Source: Octopus sinensis (lineage: Eukaryota). Taken from it: 64,000 nt of DNA. The position numbers and the translations under genes are program-made. A model generated the notes under the pieces. It ran no database searches. It saw only the letters and a program-made list of their open reading frames with translations, and had not been told where the DNA came from. The DNA lies in NCBI RefSeq assembly GCF_006345805.1, contig NC_043018.1:27838001-27902000 (forward strand), written 5' to 3'. Positions 38,537 to 53,235 of the stretch are shown here, in pieces (the first letter of the stretch is position 1; each line of letters begins with the position of its first letter).

Positions 38537-38976
38537 ATATATGTACACACAAGTGTATATATTATATATATATATATTTGTGGTTTATGATGGTATTGGT
38601 GTTGTTGATTGCTCTAATGGAGATGGTGATGAACTAGGTGATGGGGGCGTTAGTGGGGGCACTGTTTTTGGTGATGATGACGACGATTGTATTATTCCTA
38701 ATGGTGATGGTGGTGCTGGTGGTGGTGACGATGGTAGCAATAATAATCGAGTTAATGTTGATGTCGGTGGCTGGAGGTAAGCGTTGCTGTCTATGGTAGG
38801 GATGACGATGATGATGATGATGGATGGCGATGATGAAGATGGTGATGACGACAACGACAACGACGATGATGATGATGAAGATGGTGATGAAGATAAGGAT
38901 GGTATTGTTGGCTGAGAAAATGATGATGATTGTGATGACGATGATGATAATGACACTGTCGACGATGACGATGTTG

Positions 38977-39033
<57 letters not shown>

Positions 39034-40778
39034 ACTAAACTGTGCTTTATATTCTCTATCCGGACAATAACTCTATAGATGTTCAGATTATTAATGAAAT
39101 ATTAAGTGCCCGGATGTAATTACCAGTTAGATTGGGGTTAGAACCACGAACAATAAGCACTGATTCTCCATACAGTACCCCACCATTACCCCCACACTTA
39201 ACACCCCTACACATCTCTCATCAATATCTTCTTTTCATTCATTCTTAATCTCTTCTTTATTCATTGTCTTCTTTCTTTCTTTCTTTCTGTTGTTTTCAAA
39301 GTTTCATAAACTCTCCTCCTCATCATCAGCATCGTAATTTTCATCATCGACGCTGTCATCATCCTTCTCATCGTCATTATCGTCGTCGTCATCATTGCCC
39401 TCCTACTCCTACTCCTCTTCGCCATCATCATCATTACCATCGTTATTATCATTAGCATCATCTCCAACGCCACCCTCTATCCACCGTCACAACCACCACC
39501 ACAACCACCATCATCACAGCTACCTCCACCGTCGTCATAACCACCACCACCACCACCACCATTACTACCGTCATCATTCCTACCATCTTCATAATCATCA
39601 CGACCACCGCCGTTGTCATTGTCATCATATCGATCATCATCATCATCCCCCTAATGATCAATTGTGAAAACTCACCCCCTCGCCACCACTACCACCACTA
39701 CTACCACCACCACCACCACCACCATCGCCTCCGGTTTCTTCTCACCGATCATCAAATGGACAGTTTCTATCTCCGTGTTTCAATATATTCGATATTTCTC
39801 TGTCCAAGTCTGCGTATCTGGATCCATTTTCGTCAATGTCCGTTACTGAGTTACTGTTATACGTTGGCCAAGCGGTATCAAAAATAGTACGAGACATATC
39901 GTATACATTATAGCGATATCAGGCCACATCAGATCTACATCCTATACTCTATATATTTGTATATGTCGTACAATCTCACAATTTTCCTTCGCCATCACCG
40001 TTTATTTAACGTTTTTACTTTGTGAGTGAGCCTATAATTCTCAACATGACGTTCTTGTATAGCCCTAACCCAGCTCTGAGTGAAGAGAATTAAGATTACT
40101 GACCATCCTGCCTTTTGATGTATCTAGTAATAATTTGCCTAAAAGTGTTTTTCATTATGTTTTACAGTAATAGACTGTTATTTCTGAGCTATTTCGCTGC
40201 GATATGTAACCGCTCGAGAGACTTCGATTAAGCTTCTTCGTTAGTCCAACTCCAGCTCGTTTCAAAAATTGGCGCGTATCAGTATTTGGGGGACGTCGTC
40301 TGATTTGTGATTACAAGTCAAAATTACCGTGAACATTGCAGTTTCCATTTTCCGACATTGAAATTGTAGCGTGTACACGACGCATACAGAAACAGTGTTT
40401 AGTCCTACAACTAATATTTTGTGTTAGTCTCGCTTTTCAGGATTGTAGACGTCCATCAGATATATTCCCGCTCGTTTTGATATGTTGCTATTCTTCGTCT
40501 TCATCGACTTGCCAGCTAATCAACGGCTTTTTGCTCAACGTCGTTTTTAATTCAAGCTCGTCTATAAATGTTAATCTGTAGACCGTATATTTAAAATTCT
40601 TATATCTACATTGCGTTTCAATAACTGCGGTTAGAAGATGTCATCAGGTATTTTAATTCTAGTTGTAAATATATTACCGCATCGAATTCTAACAAGGAGT
40701 GTTATGAACAAAATTGCAATTCTCGAGGTTGTTGTCTTTATCTTTAGAGTGCATGTTTAAACTAGCTATATTTTAACA

Positions 40779-41450
40779 GGCGCAGGCGTGGCTATGTGGT
40801 AAGGAAGTTTGCTTCCCAACTGCAAGGCTCTGGGTTCAGTACCACAGCGTGGCACATTGTGCAAGAGTCTACTACTATAGCCACGGTCTGATCAAAGTCT
40901 TGAGAGTGGGTCTCGCTGCGTGGTACTTTAGACAAGTGTGTCTTCTACTATAGCCTCGGGCCAACCAAAGCCTTGTGGGAGGATTTGGTAGACGGAAACC
41001 GAAAGAACCCCTTCGTATATATGTATATGTATGTATCTATGTTTGTGTGTCTTTGTGTCAGGGTTAGTCCTCCCTTCGTAAGAACCCCATGGCTCCAGGT
41101 TCAGTCCCACTGCGTGGCACCTTGGGAAACTGTCTTCCACTATAGCCACAGGCCGACCAAAGCTTTGTACGTGGATTTCGTAGACGGAAACTAAAAGAAG
41201 CCCGTTGTATATATGTATATGCATATATCTATGTGTGTGTGTATTTGTGTCTGTGTTTGTCCTCCCTACCCCACCACTTGACAACCGGTTTTGGTGTGTT
41301 TACGTTCCTGTAACCTAGCGGTTTTGTTAAAGAGAACGATGGAATAAGTACAAACGTCCTCGGGTCGATTTGTTTGACTACATCTTTTCGAGGCGGTGCC
41401 CCAGCATGACCGCAATCAAATGACTGAAAGCAATAAAAAGAAGATAAAAT
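40779..41450 (+). mobile_element. Cluster of three overlapping SINE family A pieces
   Basis: Head/CORE segments recur at about 40779, 40930 and 41085, and the cluster ends in the family A tail. Confidence 0.8.
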
Positions 41451-42052
41451 AAAAATATAAAATAAAATGTTACTTCCAGATTGAAGTTTCATTAAGAATA
41501 CTTGTTACTGAAGAATTTACAAGTTCGAAATAATGGATCTATGTTAGGCAAGAGCATCGGATAGAAATGTCTACTTTAGGATGTAAGCTCAGATGTAATG
41601 TTGCCTTTCATCTTTGGAAGGGGTCAATAATTGAAATAGTGGGGCAGGTTTAATTGACTAAACCTAATTTTTAATTTGTGGCATTATGCTTATGATAGAA
41701 ATAAAAACAAAAATAATAATATTATTACCATGACAAGTATGATAATAATAGAAACGACAACAACAACAACAAAAACAACAACAACAACAACAATAATAAT
41801 AATAATAATAATAATAATAATTATTATTATTATTATCATTATTATTATTATTATTATTACTATTATTATTATTATTATTATGTCTAGAGGTTAGAAAACG
41901 ATTGCCTTTTTATCAAACATTGAATGATATTGCTGTAAATATACATATATATATATATATATATATAATATATATATATATATATGTGCATATGTATATA
42001 TATATATGTGTGTGTATACATACATGTATATATATATATATTATATATATAT

Positions 42053-42096
<44 letters not shown>

Positions 42097-42544
42097 ATAT
42101 ATATAATATACATGTATTATCAAATTATGTAAAATGTGTTTTTATGGAATGTGCAACGAAATAAAAATGAAATAAATAGAAAAAGCAACAAAAAAAAAAG
42201 TAATAATAACTACCAGAACAAAAACGATAGCAATAACAACAACAGCAATAATCATAATGATGATGATGATGATGATGATGATGAAAATAAACATCATCAT
42301 CATCAGAAGTAGACGACAAACGCTATTGCAGATATTGAGAAGGACATTCTGTTTCCGCCTCTGCAGTCACAGATTACTGCAAACGTGTAGATATATATGC
42401 AGTGATGTCTTGAGGCTAAGTTATCTAACTTATCTATCAGTGATCACTCGATTATCAGCCCTTGATATTGTCTTTTAGGGATAAAGACGACAACATGACA
42501 TATATTACTCACGAGTGCGCTCGCGGCTGTGCGTGCTCATATAT

Positions 42545-42577
<33 letters not shown>

Positions 42578-44330
42578 TATATATATGCATATATATATAT
42601 ATATATATATATATGTGTATATATATATATGTATATATATATATGTATATATAAATGTATGTATGTACATATATATATATATGTACGTATATATATATAT
42701 CTACATACATGCACACACATATGTGTATGAATACAAATACATATACCACACAAACAAAACCATCACGTACAAAATAAAATGGCATACACAAGTACAAATA
42801 CATATATACGCATATACACATACATATGCATATATATATATATATACGCAGACATATTTACACGCAAATAAACTTGCATTGACCAAAATACTCATACAGA
42901 TTCGATTTCCTTGAATGTTAGAAAAAGACCCCTGGGGTTAGAAAAAAAAAAGGTGATACGATTGCGAAAAAGAAATAAAAAGCCGGCCCCCACCAACGAA
43001 AAATAATAAAAAAACAAAACAAAAAGGAACAAAAGATACTAGAAAGGAGGAAAGCGTCAATTGGACAAAGTTTATAACCTTATCAATATATTATATTATT
43101 ATATACTTATTATGAGAAGAGAGATCAAACAGATGTTGACACATCTATTTATATACATCTGTATGATAAACAACATACAGGTCATTGCAAAAATATGTTG
43201 TGTGTATATGTGTGTGATATATATATATATATACATATACATTCATATATACACACATACATATATATATATATTTAAATATATATATATATATATGCAG
43301 GTGTAATACAATAATAAATGTCACATATATATATTATGTTGTACAAATATATATATATACATGAACATATATATGTATATGTATGCATATATACATAACT
43401 ATATATATATAAAATTTAAATATGCATATAAATATAAATATATTAGTATATATATATATGTGTGTGTGTTAATAAATATATATGCGTTTATGTTTGTGTG
43501 TATGTATATATATCTACACACACACACATACATAGCATATATGTATGTGTTTATATATGTATATATATGTGCATATATATATATATATATACTATATATA
43601 TATATATATATAACTATATATATATCTAGATAGATAGATATGATAGTAGATAGATAGATATATGATTCTAAATTCATGCATTCGTTGATCACTTTCTAGA
43701 TTTTGCACTGAATAAGACACACATATACACAGCACATATACCAAATATATGTATATATTTAGGTATGTATGAATAAATATATGTTTATATGTGTGTATAT
43801 ATATTCATAAATATATATATATATATATGTATATATATAGATGCATATATATATATATATACAATGTACACATATATATATATTTGTTTATATATATTTT
43901 TGTTTATATATGTATATATATTTTTGTTTATATTTCACTTTTATATTCTTTTACCAGTTTATTCTACCATTACATATTGCATTACAGTATATCATATCAT
44001 ATTACATTACATTATATTATATTGTATATTATATTATATATTATATTATATTACGTTATATATATTTATGTTTTTCATTATTATTTGTTGCATTTCAGGT
44101 AATCATTTTCTTTTCTAATATTCTTTAATATTCTCTAAGTTTATACGTTAGCAAATTGTGTCACCATCTTTCCACACCCTACTCATATTCAACTCTCTCT
44201 CACACACACGCACACATACATATGCACACTCTAATAAATAATAACAGGCAGTCACATCTCCACATACATTAACGTACCCACACGTCTACATATCTGTAGT
44301 CACCAGGTTCATACTTTCATTAAACAATAT

Positions 44331-45135
44331 TATTATAGGAAAGCAGAGTCGTTAGCACGTTCTGAGTTCAAATTCTGCCAGGGTCCACTTTGCCTTTCAT
44401 CCGTTCACGCTCGATAAAATAAGTACCAGCTGCGCACTGGGGTCGAGGTAATTGATTTAGCCCCTTCCTGAAACCTGCTAGCTTTGTGCCAAAATTTGAG
44501 ATCGATATTTTGGTCATATGAATGGCGGCGGGCTGGCAAAATTCGTTTGCACTCTGAGTTCAAATTCCGCCAAGGTCCACTTTGCCTTTCGTCCTTTCCC
44601 TCACGATAAAATAGATACCAGTTGAACACTGGGGTCGAGGTATGCGACTTAATCCCTCCCCCAAAACTGCTGACGATATGCCAAAATTTGAAACTAATAT
44701 TATTATTATTATAGGAAAGCAAGACAACGAGCTACCAGAATCGTTAGCACGCTGGGCGAAATGCTTCAGCGGTATTTCGTCTGTCACTGAGTTCTGAGTT
44801 CAAATTCTGCCGAGGTCGACTTTGATTTTCATCGTTTCGGGGTCGATAAATTATGTACCAGTAAAACACGGAGGTCGACTAGCCTCCTCCCCACCAAATT
44901 CCGGGACTTGTGCTTTTAGTGGAAAGGATTATTATAGGAAGGCAGCGACGTGGCAGAATCTTTGGCATACTGGATAAAATATTTAGCGGCTATTGGCTCG
45001 TCTTTACGTTCTGAGTTCAAATTTCACCAAGGCCAATTTCCACTTTCTTTTCTTTCGCGATCGACTAAATAAGTATTTCTTTTAGTGATCGAGTAATAAT
45101 TACCCTTTGAGAATAGGGATCGATGTAATCGAGTT
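44331..45135 (+). mobile_element. Tandem cluster of four SINE family D copies
   Basis: CTGAGTTCAAATT occurs four times in the same orientation. Confidence 0.85.
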
Positions 45136-45587
45136 GCCCGGTCGTGTCTCATTGTTTTGAACTTGGGGCAACTTCCATTTGTTTGTGTCTTATCATCGAT
45201 GAAATATTTTGTGGGCAATTTCGTCAGACCTTCAGGCCTTGATGAGGCCTTTGATTTCGTGAGGCTTGAGTTAGTGGAAAGAGGCAGATGTATGTTTGTT
45301 TCCTGTTTTCACCAACTGTACGGAGTACAGGAATCTTTGAGGTGATTTAAGTTGCTAAGTACGATACGTTTATTTTTCCTACCCTCTACTAACACCAGCA
45401 TCTGCTCACTTTCTCCGAAACAGACTCCTCTTCCACCAAAAAACAAAAAGAAAAAATAGGAATGCATGTGTCTTCTGGGGTAACCAGTATATTGAGAATC
45501 CAGTCCTGTGGAATTGGACGGAGATTAAGGGTGGATTTCACCCCCGAAATAAAGCTAACAGTAAAGTTTCCTTCACGGCTCATACAG

Positions 45588-45805
45588 ACTCATAAGGACC
45601 GGTTTCCCAGTTTCCATGGCATGTCAATTCCCCACATGGACGTGACGCCAGTCTGCTGCAGGATTACTAATTTGTTTTCAGCTGAGTGGACAGGAGCAAC
45701 GTAAAATGACGTGTTTTGCTCAAGAACACATCGCGTTGTCCAGTCCAAGACTCGAAACCACAATCTTACGATCATGAGTCCAACACCCCTAACCACTAAG
45801 CCACC
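45588..45805 (-). mobile_element. tRNA-derived SINE (CORE-like middle, family-B-like tail)
   Basis: Minus strand reads GTGGCTTAGTGGTTAGGGG...GGTTTCGAGTC...TTCTTGAGCAAAACAC...GGAAACTGGGAAACCGG. Confidence 0.75.
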
Positions 45806-46753
45806 CTGAATGGACTGGAACAACGTGAAATGAAGTGTTTTCCATTATAGCTTTGAAAAAATAACTGTTCAAATCGAACTGCACTCTTCAAAACTTGCAC
45901 TAAGAATAAGGAAAAGATAAAATTACTACCTGCTTTTACAGCAAGTTGATGCAGGTAGTTTATCCTGTCCACCCCCGACTTTTAGTACATGCAACTGAAA
46001 AAAACCCGCATTATTTATAGGATAATCCAATAATATTTACATATTAAATTCCCAAAGTGTGTAATTTTTCTGGTATATATTACATCTAATTTTCCTTTGC
46101 ATCCCTTATTCGTCCAAAAGCACTAACAAAGTAAATAAATTTCGAAGGATTGAAGGTCAGTAGTAGAATTTATGAATAAATAAGGCATATTGACAAGTTA
46201 AGGCGCCGGAATGGCTGTGTAGCCTGCTTACTGCTACCAAGTTCGGCGTTGTTTTTCGTCGCGGTGGAAGTTTAGTCGTACGTGAAAAATTGAACATTTG
46301 AAGCACGACTACAGATAAAGCATTTGTTTTTGGGGAGCTTAGTGGGGTCTGCTGTTTGTATTTATGTTTTTTTTTCGAACAGGGGTCCCCACTGGGTTCC
46401 AGGCATTTGTTTGCCAGTGGTCGTGTAAGAAGACTCACTTCGTAGTGAGAATTGTATTTATTTTGGGAGGCGTGTCCCTCCGAAAACTTTTTAAAAATTT
46501 CTATGACTGTGTTTGTGCCCTTTCAAGTGGATTTTACCATAAAGCATAGGAATACAGCCAGAGTTGGGCGGAATACAGTTTGGATTATCAGAGTAGCAGA
46601 ACTGTGTTGTGTTGTGTTACCATTTGGGATTATTTTCCTTCGCTCTTTCTTCTCCTGTCTGTCTTTCTGATCTTTTTTGAGTTTCTTTATAGACTTTCAT
46701 TTGAAAATTTTGATTTTTGTTTGTGGATTTTTATTTTTGTTTTGGCTATAAAC

Positions 46754-47470
46754 ATGGCAACTGTGAATTCCGCTTTGGAGTGGCAAATTGTGGCCCCCGT
46801 AGAATGGTTGAAAAATATACAGAGAGGACGGTAGTGTTAAGGACATATTCTAAGGTCCTTGACACCATTAAGGTTTTCTCTCAGGAAGAAATTGAGGAGG
46901 AGTTGACAGACTATCTGTCAACTGTTAGGTTTATTCTCAGGGGTGCGAAGTTCGCAACTGTGTGTGTATTTTTTGACACCCTTGCGGAAGCTCGGGATTT
47001 TGCGAGCATGCCTTTGGAGGGGGAGAAAATTTTGTTTCTCCCTATTTATGGCGGTAGAATGTTGACAAGAGCCTGGGTGTGTGGGCTGCCACACGGTATA
47101 GAGGTCGAGTGGATAGAAGACATTATCCGTCGGGGTCTGGGTGGCGGCCCTGCCAGGCTCTTAAATATAAGATTATTGCCTGCGGTTGATTGGGTCGGCT
47201 CAAAATTGCTTTTGACCCTATGGACCCAATCAGCCGATGATCTGGTTTTACCAGATTTTTTAGCAATGGCCGGTTCCAGGTATCCGGTGATGGTTGAGGG
47301 ACGACCCCACCAAATTTTACCTGTGCCTGGAATCGAGCCATATAAAGAAGAACTGTTGTCGGGACCAGGCAAGTGTCCTGGAATAGTTAATTGAAAAGGT
47401 GTCCCCTGCTCCCCCAGTGGAGGAAAAAGTCGAGGGGAGGAGGTAACCTCCTCGAAAACAAAGGGGAAGA
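46754..47470 (+). pseudogene. L1/Tx1-type ORF1 (gag-like) remnant
   Basis: ATG at 46754, then a frameshift into the 46717-47394 ORF (...AWVCGLPHGIEVEWI...LPDFLAMAGSRYPVMVEGRP). A +1 frameshift then gives TKFYLCLESSHIKKNC, a decayed CCHC knuckle. Confidence 0.65.
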
Positions 47471-47824
47471 AAAGATGCAAATAGCATATTTTGATACAAA
47501 AAAATGTACATATCCATATTGGAATTTATAAGTATTTTCTGTGTAGTGTAGTCTTTAGTAAATGCTTTTTCATAAAAGTTACACACGCACACACAAACAC
47601 AAACTCACGCACGAACACACAAACACACGCATACATCCAAAAGTTGCTTCTGAACAATAAGGGCTGAAAGCAATTTATGCTCAGAAAATATATTTATTAA
47701 AATTATTTTACGACGCTTTGCAAATACTCTCGAACAGATCGGTCGTTCTGAACGATATACATATATATATATTTACATACATGTATATATATATGATATA
47801 TATATATTATATATATATATATAT

Positions 47825-47890
<66 letters not shown>

Positions 47891-47983
47891 AAATATATGT
47901 GTACATATACATATATAAATAAAATATACATGCTTATATATAATACATACATACATATATATTATACATATATATATAAATAT

Positions 47984-48014
<31 letters not shown>

Positions 48015-48037
48015 TATATAATATAGATATATATATG

Positions 48038-48084
<47 letters not shown>

Positions 48085-48572
48085 TCTATATATTATATAT
48101 ATACATATCATAATACAATCATGTCATGGCATTGTGTGTGTACTAGAGTGAGGGATATACCCAAATGTACACAGTCACAACAAACGCATCTCCATACTAC
48201 ACACATACACACGCACACAAACACACACAAGCGTGCACATACATTCTCACTCACACACAGACATGCATGCACAAGCACATACGCAAACAAACAAAGAAAC
48301 AAAGCAACGAACAAACAAACTCAGGAATCTGCTTGTGAGAGCGATGTTTCTTTGAAACGTATTTGCCAAGAGGGAAATAGGGAACAATTACTGATAGAAA
48401 GAAGCTATTCGTCTACAGGACACGCGCACACAGACACACACACACACACACACACACATGTATATATATATACAAATACATGTATAAATCTATATATATA
48501 TATGTGTACACACACACTCGAACACATACACACAGAAACACACACAGACACACACACACACACACACGCGCG

Positions 48573-48614
<42 letters not shown>

Positions 48615-49139
48615 AAGATATATGTGTGTGTGTGTGTGTGCATGTGTGTATGCATATATGTAGGTGTGTATAAGTTTGATTGTTCTTGTTGTTCTTGTTG
48701 GAGTTGCAATGTTTTTGTCTTTTTCATTTTATTTCTTCACACATACATGTACACACACACACAGACATATATATATACAAACATATATATGTATGTGTGC
48801 GTGTGTGTATGCATATATGTAGGTGTGTATAAATTGGAGTATATTATAGATAGAGAGTTCGATGAATAGATATGAAGACGGTCAGACACCGATAGAATAT
48901 GCGTATGTACATGTGTGTGTGTTCGCGCGCGCGTGTGTGTGAAGAAATAAACTGAAATTAAACGAAAGCATTGCAACTCCAAGAAGAAGAACAAGAAAAA
49001 CCAAACAAAAACAAAACTAAGTAAAAAACTAAGTAAAAAATATGAAGAAAATAATCATAGCATCTCAGCAGAGGTGCTGCGGTTATGACTAAAACGTGTG
49101 TCCAAGATGACGGCCACCACTTACCCTACAACGATCACC

Positions 49140-49770
49140 AGCATGCATCACCACGACCACGACCACGACCACGACTACCAACCCCCACCGCCATTACCAC
49201 CACTCCAGCACGATTACCATCACAATCATCACCAATACTACTAACAGAACCAGCAGCAGCAGCAACAGCAGGACAACCACCACCACCATCATCACCAACG
49301 CCACCACCAGCACCACCAGCACCACCACCATCACCACCACCTTCACCACCGACACAACCATCATCAACGCCACTGTCATCGTTAACACTACCAACACCAC
49401 CGCGAAGACTACCACTTTCACCACCATCTTCACCACCACCAACACCACCATCACCACCACCTTCACCACCGCCACAACCATCACCAACGCCACCGTCATC
49501 GTTAACACTACCAACATCACCACCATCATCACCATCACCACCACCAACACCACCATCACCACCACCAACACCAACATGACCATCACCACCACCTTCACCA
49601 CCGCCACAACCATCACCAACGCCACCGTCATCGTTAACCCTACCAACGCCACACCACCCAAGACCACCACCACCACCACCACCACCACCACCACCACAGT
49701 AACAACAAGCAAACAACAACAACACAAACACCAGCACCATCACGATAACAACAACAACAACAACAACTGC
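49140..49770. repeat. (CAC)n-derived array with ~120-130-bp higher-order repeat
   Basis: ACCTTCACCACCG.CACAACCATCA.CAACGCCAC.GTCATCGTTAAC occurs three times. Confidence 0.85.
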
Positions 49771-50105
49771 AAGATTAATAAGAATCCCAACGAAAGGAAC
49801 AATATTGAAACATTGTTAATAGATAAATAGAATAATGGAAATATAGAAATGTGTATAGAAAGGTAATGCTGCAGGGCAGAGAGTATAGTGATGACGATGA
49901 TGATGATGATGATGATGAGAGAGAGAGAGGGAAAGAGAGGGGGAGAGAGAGTCGTTTTATGTTGTGTGCGTTAGATACTCCACTAATAAGACAATTGTAT
50001 TACTCATCTAAATGTATTACTATATTGTACGGAATATTACTCATCCGGATGACGGAACCGAAGTGACAAACAATATGTTTGATATATATATATATATATT
50101 ATATA

Positions 50106-50139
<34 letters not shown>

Positions 50140-50157
50140 CAGGTATATATATATATA

Positions 50158-50206
<49 letters not shown>

Positions 50207-50493
50207 CATACATACACACATACATATGTATATATATATATATGCATATTTATGTATATATATACATATATAATACACACACAAACACATATATATGTAT
50301 ATTATATATACATACATATATATATACATTTACTATATATATATATATAGATATATATATATAATATATATATATGTTTATATATATATATTTGTATACA
50401 CACATACACACACACATATATGTATATATCTACACAAGTATTTTGTACATGTGCGTTTTCTGCGTTAAATGGAGAAGCGGTGACGAGTGATAA

Positions 50494-50915
50494 TTCTGTA
50501 AATAATAATACGAATTATAAGCTTAAAGATTATAAGAGATCACCACGTATCCCTTAAAAAATCCCCAGAAAAGTCTGATATTGAGGCATGTGAGTCCTCG
50601 ACGAAAAAAGTGGGTTTCACTACGCATGGGACACGAACCCACACCTCTTATATTCGCGATAAGTGTGCTAACCATTATATCAACTTAACTGTTATATTAA
50701 CTTACCCACTCAGCACCACCACAGTGGGTAAGTTGGTGTACTGGTTAGCAAGCTTCTTTCGAATATAAGAGGTGTGGGTTCGAGTCGTATTTGTACTGAC
50801 ACCGACTTTTTTTTCCGTCGAGAGCTTATATGCCCTAATATTAGACGATTTTCTGTAGCCAGTACACTGTGGTCGCTTAGAAGCTATAAGCTTATAAATA
50901 TTATTATTTACAAAA
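50494..50915. mobile_element. ~420-bp imperfect palindrome containing two divergent tRNA-like cassettes
   Basis: The arms share TGGTTAGCA...CGAATATAAGAGGTGTGGGTTCG.GTC...T6-8...CGTCGAG...TAAGCTTATAA. A central 12-bp perfect hairpin lies at 50699-50734. Confidence 0.8.
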
Positions 50916-50986
50916 TATTTATACATATATCTGTATACATATACACATACATACAAATATATATATATATATATATATTATATACG

Positions 50987-51024
<38 letters not shown>

Positions 51025-51405
51025 GGTGCAGGAGTGGCTGTGTGGTTAGTTGCTTGCTTCCCAAGCACATGGATCAGCGTTTAGTACCAATGTGTGTCAT
51101 CTTGGGCAAGTGTCTTCTACTATAGCCTCGGGCCGACCAAAGCCTTGTGATTGGATTTGTCAGACGGAAACTGAAAGAAGCCCGCCGTATGTGTGTGTGT
51201 GTGTGTGAGTGTCTGGTTTTGTCCACCGACATCGCTTGACAACCGATTCTGGTGTGTTTACGTCCCCGTTACTTAGCGTTTCGGCAAATGAGACCGATAG
51301 AATAAGTACTTGGCTTACAAAGAATAAGTTCTGGGGTCGATTTTCCTCGACTAAAGGCGGTGCTCCTGCAAGGCCGCAGTCACATGAGTGAAACAAGTAA
51401 AAGAG
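51025..51405 (+). mobile_element. SINE family A, full length
   Basis: Aligns end to end with 3188-3597. Confidence 0.9.
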
Positions 51406-51595
51406 TAATTATACACCTAATTTTAGAAAGGGATCAGCTTTATGCCTCACCACGCACAGCTAAAAATAGAGGTTAAGGTCCCTATTACCATCTTCTCGGA
51501 AATTTTAAGTTGGTAATTTGATCGTTAACGTCTATTTCTAGCAGTGCGTGGTGAGGTATAAAGCTGTTCCCTTGTTATAATTATGTATATAATTA
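51406..51595. mobile_element. ~190-bp foldback MITE
   Basis: AAGGGATCAGCTTTATGCCTCACCACGCACAGCTAAAAATAGA pairs with TCTATTTCTAGCAGTGCGTGGTGAGGTATAAAGCTGTTCCCTT. Confidence 0.8.
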
Positions 51596-51636
51596 TAAAG
51601 TATTTCATATATACACACATATATCTTGTATCGTTT

Positions 51637-52008
51637 ATCTTTTACTTGTTTCACTCAATAGACTACGGCCATGCTGGGGCACCACCTTCAAAAATATTCG
51701 TCGTCGAATGAATCGACCTCAACACTTATTTTATAGGTCACTTTTACCGAACCGCTAAGTTACGGGGACGTAAACACACCACCACCGGTTGTGAAGCGGT
51801 GGTGGGGGAAAAACACAGACACAAAGACACACACTCATACACATATATACACGCACACAAATACACCCATTCACCCATATATATATTCACAACGGGCTTC
51901 ATTCAATTTCCGGCTACCAAATCCACTTGCCCAAGGTGTCACGCAGTGGGACTGAACTCAGAACCATGTGGCTTGGAACCAAGCTACTTACCACACAGTT
52001 ACACCTGC
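51637..52008 (-). mobile_element. SINE family A, diverged
   Basis: Reverse-complement homology from tail to head. Other partial minus copies lie at about 1405-1560, 9560-9690 and 10225-10450. Confidence 0.85.
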
Positions 52009-52615
52009 TTGCTGCAGTCTTTTACACCCTTCTAAATGCACACAATATAAGACGTGTCTTAGGTGTAAAATATAAACATATAATAAGATATAAAGGGTAG
52101 CAATGACTTGTCCAAGGTTTTGGTGAAGAATTTGGCAAGTAAGCCTTCTGGGAATAAGCCCAGAAAGCAGGTCTTCAATTCTATTCTGTTATTCTGCCAT
52201 TCTGATATTTCATGATTGTTTTATGTTCTTATATTATTGTATTCCTATGAAATTATTCTCGTCGTCTCTTCCGCGGCGTGGCGTGCAGAGGGATGTGACG
52301 TAACAACAATTGACTTGTGTGACATGATTAGTGACATGTGACTTAAGTTGACGTCACATTACTGAATAGAAAAATCACATATGTGCATGCACATGTATAT
52401 CGGTGCATATACATGCATGTGTATGTATGTATGTATGCATGTATGTACGTATGTATGTATGTATGTATGTATGTATGTATGTATGTATGTGAGAATGCAT
52501 GCATGTGTATGTATGCGCGTATGTATGCATATATATATGTATATATATATATATACATATATATATACGTGTGTGTATATATATATATGTATATATATAT
52601 ACATGTATATATATA

Positions 52616-52652
<37 letters not shown>

Positions 52653-52727
52653 GTGTGTGTATATATGTAAATTTTATGCAATACATTATACAACCATACA
52701 CATTCATATATGTACATACATACGCAT

Positions 52728-52804
<77 letters not shown>

Positions 52805-53192
52805 TATATATACATATGCACACATATAAGTACATTGATATACGCCACACACACACACACACACATATATATATGGGGAGAGAGAGAGAGAGATGAAGCG
52901 AGCTATGAAGAGAAAAATAGCGACAATATCACATCCCCAACCATCACCATAACCACTATCTCCACCACCTCCACCACCTCTACCACCAAGCACCAGCAAA
53001 ATCCTCACCGCCACCGCCACCACCACCACCACCACCACTACCACTGTTACCATTATTATTAAGATTATTAACAACAATAAAATCAATAGCAATACATACG
53101 ATCTCCAATAATGAGAACAATAACTACTACTGCTACTACTATTACTACTACTAGTACTAGTAGTAGTTGTAGTAGTTGTAGTAAGAGTAGAT

Positions 53193-53235
<43 letters not shown>

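Noticed and set aside
45140-45590. Unique segment with CTTGATGAGGCC and CTGACGA
   Set aside because: There is no properly placed GAAA, and I recognised no protein motif in the short ORFs.
50040-50070. TCATCCGGATGA palindrome followed by CGGAACCG
   Set aside because: It is a short palindrome and the HHR core is incomplete.
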